Below, piece after piece: positions 1 through 5,970 of a stretch of DNA of 10,985 nt. The notes beneath the pieces were generated by a model that ran no database searches, had not been told where the DNA came from, and worked only from the letters and a program-made list of their open reading frames with translations. This stretch comes from Candidatus Eiseniibacteriota bacterium (GTDB lineage Bacteria; Eisenbacteria; RBG-16-71-46; DASYSL01), in NCBI GenBank assembly GCA_046598045.1, contig JBKJJJ010000207.1, forward strand, positions 1 to 10,985, in the 5' to 3' direction. The first letter of the stretch is position 1. The number at the start of each line of letters is the position of its first letter. Made by a program: the position numbers and the translations under genes.

Positions 1-420
1 CACTACGAGGACATGCTCGGCGGCTCCGCCGAAACGCTCAAGACCGGCGAGGAGCGCGGCGAGGAGCACGAGGGCATCGCGCGCGAGTTGGCGCGCATCA
101 ACCTGCCGGTGAGCTTCTACACGCAGTGGTACTGGAAGATCGACCTGCACAACCTGCTGCGCTTCATCGCGCTGCGCGCCGACGCGCACGCGCAGTACGA
201 GATCCGCGTCTACGCCGAGGCGCTCGCGGCGCTCACGCAGAAGTGGGTGCCCGACGTCTACGAGGCGTTCGTGGACTACCAGCTCGAAGCCGCGGCGCTG
301 TCGCGCATGGAGCTCGAGGCGCTGCGCAGCCTGCTCCGCGGCGAGCAGCCCGACCTCGCGGCGCTCGGCCTCTCCGCGCGCGAACAGGCCGAATTCAAGC
401 AGCGGTTCGGCCTGGCCTGA
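1..420 (+). CDS. thyX: FAD-dependent thymidylate synthase ThyX (3' part; 5'-truncated by the window edge)
   Basis: Frame is open from base 1 (HYEDMLGG...). Contains the ThyX C-terminal signature GIARELARINLPVSFYTQWYWKIDLHNLLRFIALRADAHAQYEIR. TGA at 418-420. The ATG at 13 is internal. Confidence 0.95.
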   Translation, partial: HYEDMLGGSAETLKTGEERGEEHEGIARELARINLPVSFYTQWYWKIDLHNLLRFIALRADAHAQYEIRVYAEALAALTQKWVPDVYEAFVDYQLEAAALSRMELEALRSLLRGEQPDLAALGLSAREQAEFKQRFGLA

Positions 421-472
421 CCGTGCGCCACTCCCGGGCCGCGCCGCGCCCCGGCGCCCGCGGAGGCGCAGC

Positions 473-1594
473 GTGAGCCCGCAGGCGCGGCGCTCGGCTG
501 CGCCGGGGCTCGGGCTCCTGCGTGGCGCCGCGCGTGGGGACGTGGACACGTTCCTGGCTCGCACGAACCCGCGCATCCTGCTGATCAAGACCCACGACCA
601 GCTCGGCGACTTCCTGGTCGCGACGCCGGCGATCGCGGCGTTGCGCGCGCGCTTCCCGCAGGGCCGGATCGAGCTCGTCACGCGGGAGTATCTCGCGCCG
701 CTGGCGCGCCGGCAGCCCGCGCTCGACGTGGTTCACGTGCTGTCGAGCGTCAAGGGTATGGGCGGGATCCTCGCGGCGCTCAGGCTCGCGCCGACGCTGC
801 GCACCGGGCCCCCGGACCTCGCGCTCGTGCTCAACAGCGTGTCGCGCTCGCGCACGGCGGACCTGATTGCGGCGCTCTCGGGCGCGCGGCTCGTCGTCGG
901 CAGGAGCCGCGTCGGGCCCGGCGCGCCCGATCCCGCGCGCGAGGGCGGCGGGCGCGATGCCCTCTACGACCTCGATCTCGATGTCGCGCCCGCGTCCGCG
1001 CACCAGGTGGACCGGCTGCTCGACCTCGTGCGCTGGGCCGTCGCCGAGGCGCGGCCCGCGCCCGGCATGACGCTCGGCGTGAGCGCGGCCGAGCGCGCCC
1101 AGGGCCGGGCGGCGCTCGCGCGGGCGTTCGCGGAGCCGGCGCCCGCGGGGCCCCGCGTCGGGCTCCACCCCGCGGCGGCGAACGCGCTCAAGTGCTGGCC
1201 CGTGGACTCCTTCGTCGAGTTGGGTGCGCGGCTGGCGGGAGCCGGGGCGGCGCTCGCGGTCTTCGACACGCCGAAGGAGTCCGGCCCGGCGCGCGCGCTG
1301 GTGGACGGGCTCGCGCGGCGCGGCGTCCGCGCGGGCCTCGTGCCGGCCGGCCCGCTGGACGAGTTCATCGTGGCCACATCGGCGCTCGACCTGATGGTGT
1401 GCAACGACTCGGGCGTGATGCATGTGGCGGCGGCGCTGGACGTGCCGACGCTGTCGTTCCACTCGCTCGGCCGACCCGAGGAGTGGGCGCCCCGAAGCGA
1501 AACGGCGATCGCGCTCCACGCGGAGCCGATCGCCGGGATCCCCGTGGACGACGCGGAGCGCGCCGCCCGGAGGCTGCTGAAGTCGCCTAGTTGA
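473..1594 (+). CDS. Glycosyltransferase family 9 protein (ADP-heptose:LPS heptosyltransferase-like, WaaF/WaaC/WaaQ family)
   Basis: N-terminal RILLIKTHDQLGDFLVATPAIAALRARFP, central VGLHPAAANALKCWP, and C-terminal CNDSGVMHVAAALDVPTLSF are typical GT9 motifs. GTG start with GGAGG at 462-466 (6-nt spacing). The exact Waa specificity cannot be assigned. Confidence 0.9.
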   Translation: MSPQARRSAAPGLGLLRGAARGDVDTFLARTNPRILLIKTHDQLGDFLVATPAIAALRARFPQGRIELVTREYLAPLARRQPALDVVHVLSSVKGMGGILAALRLAPTLRTGPPDLALVLNSVSRSRTADLIAALSGARLVVGRSRVGPGAPDPAREGGGRDALYDLDLDVAPASAHQVDRLLDLVRWAVAEARPAPGMTLGVSAAERAQGRAALARAFAEPAPAGPRVGLHPAAANALKCWPVDSFVELGARLAGAGAALAVFDTPKESGPARALVDGLARRGVRAGLVPAGPLDEFIVATSALDLMVCNDSGVMHVAAALDVPTLSFHSLGRPEEWAPRSETAIALHAEPIAGIPVDDAERAARRLLKSPS

Positions 1595-2504
1595 TCCGCA
1601 CGAACGGGCGGCTCGTGCCGCCCGAGGGCCCGACCGCGCGCACGCGATAGCTGCCCGTGGGCGCGACCTGGCCCCTGTCGTCGAGCCCGTTCCACATCCA
1701 CACGCGCCGCCCCTGCGCCGACGCGGGCAAAGTCTCGGAACGCACGAGCCGTCCGGCCGCGTCGAGGATCAGCACGCGCACCGGGCCGTCGTCGAACGTG
1801 TCGAACGCGCATGCCACCGCCCCCCGCGCGGGGTTCGGGTAGGGCGCGGCGAGTTCGACCGGCCGGCCCGCGATCGTGCGATCTCCAGGCACCGCGAGCA
1901 GCGAGTTTGTGAGTTCGAAGTTGTCGAGACCGAACTCGCCGATCAGTCCGTTCGGGGACTGCTCGTAGGGCGCGTTGTCGTGGCGCACGTGCACGCGGTC
2001 GACGTTCTGCAGCGCGGCCGCGAAGCCCTTGCCGTCGATTGAGATGATGTGCGCGAACTGCGTCGAGTCGGTGAGGTCGACCGTGTACGCCGCCCATGCG
2101 TTCTCGGGCGGGCTGAAGCCGGTCTTGTACAGCCAAAAGTTACCGCTGTTGCCGAGGCAGACGTGAATCTCGAGCGCCTGGTTCGCATCGACGTCGTTGA
2201 GGCAGAGCTGGATGCGGTTCACGTTCGCCGCCAGCCAATTGCCGAGGTACTCCGGCCCTTCGGAGCGCGACGCCAGCTGAAGCGCCGCGGTGCGCGCGAC
2301 CCGCAGATAACCGTCGCCCGCGCCGTCCGCCCCGCCGGCGTTGGGATTGGTGTTGTCCGCGAAGCTGCTCCACGTTGAAGTCGAGCCGAAGACGTTCCAG
2401 CGCTCGATGAAGCCGATCACGGGAGCCGCGTGGGCGGTCGATACGAACAGGGGGGGGGCAAGGGAGAGGGCGCCGAGCAGGGCGATGCGCGCGATCAAGC
2501 TCAT
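1587..2504 (-). CDS. Secreted hypothetical protein (305 aa), paralog 1: Sec signal, beta-rich passenger domain, C-terminal FlgD-Ig/T9SS type A sorting-like domain
   Basis: ATG at 2504-2502, preceded by GGAG (cggagacctcATG), is preferred to the ORF-track start at 2531. 26-aa signal ending AHA|A. C-terminal ELAAPYPNPARG...LILDAAGRLVR...WNGLDDRGQVAPTGSYRVR matches the PNP / GRLVR / W(D/N)GxDxxG / GxY pattern of FlgD-Ig/Por-secretion tail domains. Confidence 0.85.
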   Translation of the reverse strand: MSLIARIALLGALSLAPPLFVSTAHAAPVIGFIERWNVFGSTSTWSSFADNTNPNAGGADGAGDGYLRVARTAALQLASRSEGPEYLGNWLAANVNRIQLCLNDVDANQALEIHVCLGNSGNFWLYKTGFSPPENAWAAYTVDLTDSTQFAHIISIDGKGFAAALQNVDRVHVRHDNAPYEQSPNGLIGEFGLDNFELTNSLLAVPGDRTIAGRPVELAAPYPNPARGAVACAFDTFDDGPVRVLILDAAGRLVRSETLPASAQGRRVWMWNGLDDRGQVAPTGSYRVRAVGPSGGTSRPFVRIN

Positions 2505-2585
2505 GAGGTCTCCGCAATCAGCAAGGTGCAATGGTCGCGTCAGCTGCCCGATAAGGATACCCGTTTTAGGGCCCCCAGGACCACG

Positions 2586-3503
2586 CTAATTCAGGCGCAC
2601 GAACGGCCGGCTCGTGCCCCCGAACGCTCCCAGCGCGCGCACGCGATACGCCCCGGCGGGCGCGGCCTGCCCGCGCTCATCCCGCCCGTCCCACAGCCAG
2701 ACGCGCCGCCCGGGCGCCGCTGCCGGCAGCGCCTGGGAGCGCACGATCCTCCCCGCGGCGTCGAGGATCAGGACGCGCACGGCAGACTCGTCGAAGGTTT
2801 CGAACGCGCAGGCGATCGCGCCGCGCGCCGGGTTCGGATACGGGGCGGCGAGTTCGACGGGGCGCCCCCCGATCGCTCCCTGGCCGGGCACGTCGAGCAG
2901 CGAATTCGTGAGCTCGAAGTTGTCGAGGCCGAATTCGCCGACGAGGTCGTCCGGGGTTTGCGAATACGGGGCGACGTCGTGGCGCACGAGGACGGTGTTC
3001 GCGTTCTGCAGCGCGGCGGCGAACCCTTTTCCGTCGAGCGCGATGATGTGCGAGAACTGCGACGAATCCGTGAGGTCCACCGTGAACTGGGCCCACGCGT
3101 TCTCCGGTGGGCTGAACCCCGTCTTGAACTGCCAGAGATTGGCGGCGGTTCCGATCGACACGTGGATCTCGAGCGCCTGGTTCGTGCCGACGTCGTTCAG
3201 GCTGAGGCGAATCCGGTTCACGTTCGCCGCCATCCAGTCGCCCGTGTATTCGGGGCCCGTGGAGTGCGAACCGAGCGGCCCCGCGATCGGGCGCGCCATG
3301 CGCAGGTAGCCGTCGCCCGCGCCGTCGGCGCCACCGGCGTCGGGATTGGTGTTGTCCGCGAAGCTGTTCCAGGACGAAGTCGAGCCGGGGACGTTCCAGC
3401 GTTCGATAAAGCCGATCACCGGGGCCGCATGCGCGACGGCGGAGCAGAGGGCAAGGGGAGCGAGCAGGACGATCATGGCGAGGGTGCGCGCGAATCGGCT
3501 CAT
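2586..3503 (-). CDS. Secreted hypothetical protein (305 aa), paralog 2: same architecture as 1587-2504
   Basis: ATG at 3503-3501 with GGAG 6 nt upstream. It gives exactly the same length as paralog 1 and a 26-aa signal ending AHA|A. C-terminal PYPNPARG...DAAGRIVR...WDGRDERGQAAPAGAYRVR. The ORF-track extension to 4568 is spurious because it overlaps the peptidase in another frame. Confidence 0.85.
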   Translation of the reverse strand: MSRFARTLAMIVLLAPLALCSAVAHAAPVIGFIERWNVPGSTSSWNSFADNTNPDAGGADGAGDGYLRMARPIAGPLGSHSTGPEYTGDWMAANVNRIRLSLNDVGTNQALEIHVSIGTAANLWQFKTGFSPPENAWAQFTVDLTDSSQFSHIIALDGKGFAAALQNANTVLVRHDVAPYSQTPDDLVGEFGLDNFELTNSLLDVPGQGAIGGRPVELAAPYPNPARGAIACAFETFDESAVRVLILDAAGRIVRSQALPAAAPGRRVWLWDGRDERGQAAPAGAYRVRALGAFGGTSRPFVRLN

Positions 3504-3555
3504 GGCGGGCTCCGAGGATGAAAGACCGGGGAAGTATTCACCGGGGGACAGGCGA

Positions 3556-3583
3556 ACCCTACTCCCGCCCAGCGAGGGGGCAA
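3556..3583 (-). promoter_or_regulatory. Candidate sigma70-type promoter for paralog 2
   Basis: Minus strand reads TTGCCC (3583-3578), 16 nt, TAGGGT (3561-3556). It lies just downstream of the terminator and about 50 nt before the ATG. Pattern match by eye only. Confidence 0.35.
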
Positions 3584-3587
3584 TGGC

Positions 3588-3622
3588 AAAAAAAGGGCCG
3601 CGGAGACTCGCCCCGCGGCCCC
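3588..3622 (-). terminator. Rho-independent terminator of the M3 peptidase gene
   Basis: Perfect 9-bp stem GGGCCGCGG (3595-3603) / CCGCGGCCC (3613-3621) around a 9-nt inner region, followed on the minus strand by U7 (A7 at 3588-3594). It sits about 30 nt after the peptidase stop codon. Confidence 0.85.
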
Positions 3623-3652
3623 AAATCGAGCTGCCCGTTTGCGGCGGAACGC

Positions 3653-5749
3653 CTAGAGCGTGCCCGAAGTCCGGACCGAACTCGGCTTTTCGCCGGCCGG
3701 GGTGGTGAGCCCGATCTGCCGCAGGAACGACTCCTGGTTGGGCTCCCGACCGAGGAACTTCTTGAGCAGCTCCATCGGCTCCTGCGTGCCGCCCGGCGCG
3801 AGGACCTCCTCGCGATACGCCATGCCGGTCGCGGGGTTCATCACGCCTTCCTTCTCGAAGCGCGAGAACATGTCGGCAGCGAACACCTCCGACCACAGGT
3901 ACGAGTAGTAGCCGGCCTCGTAGCCGAACAGGTGGCCGAACGATCCCTCCTCGTGCGTGCCCTCGGCGGCGGCGATGCCGAAGATGTGCTTCATGCCGTC
4001 GTGCCACACCTCGGAGGTGTTGGTCGTCGGCTGCATGTGGTAGCGCATGTCGGTGAGCGCGAAGAACGCCTGGCGCGAGTACTTGAGGCCGTTGTCCAGG
4101 TTCTTGGCCGCGATCATCCGGTCGAGCAATTCCTTCGGCAGCTTCTTGCTGTGGTCCTTGTAGTGCCCGGAGAGGCTCTGCAGCACGTCCGCGTTCCACA
4201 CCCAGTTTTCGAGCATCTGCGACGGCGCCTCGACGAAGTCCTGGTAGACCGACGTCCCCGAGAAGTAGCCGACCTTCGACTCGGTCAGCAGGTTGTGCAT
4301 GACATGGCCGAACTCGTGGAAGAACGTCTCGACCTCGTCGTGGCCGAGCAGCGACGGATCGGTCGCGGTCGGCTTCGTGAAGTTGCACACCATGGCCGAG
4401 ACCGGCGTCTGCCACTTGCCGTCCGCGCCCATGTGGCCCTTGCGGATGCTCCACGCCGCGGCGTGGCCGTACTTGTTCGGGCGCGGGAACAGGTCGAGGT
4501 AGAAGTGGCCGATCAGGCGGCCCGTCCTGGCGTCGGCGACCTGGAACAGATGCACGTCCTGGTGCCACGCGTTCGCCGGCTTGAGCTCGGTGAACTTGAC
4601 GTTGAACAGCTTCTGGTAGGTCGCCATCAGCCCGTCGGTCACGACGTCGAGCGGGAAGTACTGGCGCACCTCCTCGGGGTCGACCTGGTAGCGCGTCTTC
4701 TTGAGCTGGTTGTCGTAGTACCGCCAGTCCGCGATTTCGATCGGCCCGGCGTTCGGCCCCTCGGTCTGCTGCTTGAGCGAGGTCAGCGTCGCCAGGTCGG
4801 CGTCGCGATAGGGCTTGAGCTTGGCGACGAGCCCGTCGAGGAACTGCATCACGTTCTCGGGGTTCTTCGCCATGCGGTCAACCGTCGCGTAGTCGGCGAA
4901 AGTCTTGAAGCCCATGACCTCCGCGAGCTGCTGGCGCAGCACCAGCGCCTTGGAGAGCAGCGCCAGGTTCTTGTCCGCGGCCCGGTTCGAGAACTTCGCC
5001 TCGAGCTGGCGGCGGGCGTCGGCGTTGGTCGAGTTCTGCATGAACGGGTAGAAGTCCGGGTAGGCGATCGTGACCTTGTAGCGGCCGGCAGCGGCCTTGT
5101 CGAGCCGGGCGACGTAGCTGTCCGGCATGCCCTTGAGCTCGTCCTTGGTCAGCAGCAGGCTGTCCTGTGCCTGGTTCAGGTTGGTGTCGAACTCGATCCC
5201 GATGTCCGAGATCTGCTGCTTGAGGGCGATCACCTGGTCGCGCTTCTCCTTCGACAGGCTGAGCCCGTTGAGCTCGAAGTCGAGGCGCATCTTCTCGGCG
5301 AGGCGCTTGTCCACCGGGTTGGTCGGCGGGTCGTTCTTGAGCGCGGCGACGAGCGCCTTGTAGAGGTCCTCGCGCGCCCCGGTCTTGATGCCCCAGCGGC
5401 TGAACGCCACCTCGAGCGAGTCGCCCGCGTTCCTGACCTTTTCGTCCGCCGAGACGTACTTGAGGAACAGCGGCGGGTTGAGCTTCTGGCTGGCATCCCC
5501 CCCGACCCGCTCCATCACGCGCACCGTGTTCGCGAACGTCCGCCTGGCGTCCGGCATCGCGACGATCGCGGCATACCTCCGGTCGGCGTCCTTCATCACC
5601 TGCGCGCCGGTCTTCTGGATCTGCTCGGGCGTCCATTTCCAATCCACGCCCGAGCCGACCGCCTGCGCGGGCTCGGCGGAGGCGAGGGTCATGATGGCCA
5701 GCCCGGCAAGGGCGGCCAGCGACCAGGAGTGCGGCGTCGTCTGGGACAT
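3653..5749 (-). CDS. M3A family zinc metallopeptidase (thimet oligopeptidase/neurolysin-like) with N-terminal signal peptide, 698 aa
   Basis: HEXXH as TFFHEFGHVMH; third ligand in DFVEAPSQMLENW; also FYLDLFPRPNKYGHAA and SFGHLFGYEAGYYSYLWSEVFAADMF. Hydrophobic N-terminus ending ...AEPAQA|V. ATG at 5749-5747 with GAGGA about 10 nt upstream. Confidence 0.95.
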   Translation of the reverse strand: MSQTTPHSWSLAALAGLAIMTLASAEPAQAVGSGVDWKWTPEQIQKTGAQVMKDADRRYAAIVAMPDARRTFANTVRVMERVGGDASQKLNPPLFLKYVSADEKVRNAGDSLEVAFSRWGIKTGAREDLYKALVAALKNDPPTNPVDKRLAEKMRLDFELNGLSLSKEKRDQVIALKQQISDIGIEFDTNLNQAQDSLLLTKDELKGMPDSYVARLDKAAAGRYKVTIAYPDFYPFMQNSTNADARRQLEAKFSNRAADKNLALLSKALVLRQQLAEVMGFKTFADYATVDRMAKNPENVMQFLDGLVAKLKPYRDADLATLTSLKQQTEGPNAGPIEIADWRYYDNQLKKTRYQVDPEEVRQYFPLDVVTDGLMATYQKLFNVKFTELKPANAWHQDVHLFQVADARTGRLIGHFYLDLFPRPNKYGHAAAWSIRKGHMGADGKWQTPVSAMVCNFTKPTATDPSLLGHDEVETFFHEFGHVMHNLLTESKVGYFSGTSVYQDFVEAPSQMLENWVWNADVLQSLSGHYKDHSKKLPKELLDRMIAAKNLDNGLKYSRQAFFALTDMRYHMQPTTNTSEVWHDGMKHIFGIAAAEGTHEEGSFGHLFGYEAGYYSYLWSEVFAADMFSRFEKEGVMNPATGMAYREEVLAPGGTQEPMELLKKFLGREPNQESFLRQIGLTTPAGEKPSSVRTSGTL

Positions 5750-5802
5750 GGTCTCGGTTTCCTCAAGGACAGTCGTCTCGGGTCAGGGTTGGGCGGCCGA
5801 CG

Positions 5803-5823
5803 GCCCCGCGGGACCCGCGGGGC
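5803..5823. repeat. 21-bp interrupted palindrome / hairpin in the divergent intergenic region
   Basis: GCCCCGCGGG-A-CCCGCGGGGC: perfect 10-bp inverted arms around one base (9-bp stem with 3-nt loop as RNA). No U-tract, so it is not called a terminator. Confidence 0.7.
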
Positions 5824-5835
5824 GAAGCGCTTAAG

Positions 5836-5864
5836 AAACTGTCACGGCGGGCTTTACTCGGCAA
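5836..5864 (-). promoter_or_regulatory. Candidate promoter for the M3 peptidase
   Basis: Minus strand reads TTGCCG (5864-5859), 17 nt ending in TGA (extended -10 TG), then CAGTTT (5841-5836). The -10 is imperfect (C instead of T at the first position). Confidence 0.4.
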
Positions 5865-5881
5865 GGGCCGCGTGCTACTTT
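5853..5881 (+). promoter_or_regulatory. Candidate sigma70-type promoter for the cytochrome c oxidase operon
   Basis: TTTACT (5853-5858), exactly 17 nt, TACTTT (5876-5881), with extended -10 TG at 5873-5874. It lies in an AT-enriched patch about 90 nt upstream of coxB. Confidence 0.6.
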
Positions 5882-5970
5882 GCGCCCGAATTCACGCCGA
5901 CTGAAAAATCGCTTCGCCGCCCCGGCAGGGGCCGGGCGTCGCGCGTCCGAGACCCTTCGGAAGGATCTTC

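Larger units (their letters stand above)
1587..3503 (-). repeat. Tandem gene duplication (two 918-bp CDS copies, 999-bp period)
   Basis: Starts (2504/3503) and stops (1587/2586) are both offset by 999 bp. Manual ungapped alignment of the 279-aa mature proteins gives about 69 differences (about 75% identity). Signal peptides and upstream spacers are much more diverged. Confidence 0.95.

Noticed and set aside
421..472. Possible stem (TGCGCCacTCC with GGAGGCGCA) masking the GT9 RBS
   Set aside because: The spacer is extremely GC-rich, so bulged pairings of this size arise by chance; no independent support.
3435..3460. Possible lipobox in paralog 2 (LALC)
   Set aside because: Leu at -1 does not fit the [LVI][ASTVI][GAS]C consensus, the Cys is absent from paralog 1, and both copies share an AHA|A SPase I site.
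1587..3503. Diversity-generating retroelement (template/variable repeat) explanation for the duplicate
   Set aside because: Both copies are full intact genes, differences span their whole length and are not adenine-specific, and there is no reverse transcriptase in the window.
3504..4568. N-terminal 355 aa of the 660-aa ORF, suggesting a peptidase-paralog fusion or frameshift
   Set aside because: It overlaps the intact peptidase out of frame and crosses a terminator. The ATG at 3503 has its own RBS and signal peptide and gives the same length as paralog 1.
5750..5970. FNR/CRP box, riboswitch or tRNA in the divergent intergenic region
   Set aside because: No TTGAT-N4-ATCAA or TGTGA-N6-TCACA match, no cloverleaf and no recognisable aptamer motif by eye. 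An Rfam scan would be needed to exclude an RNA element fully.
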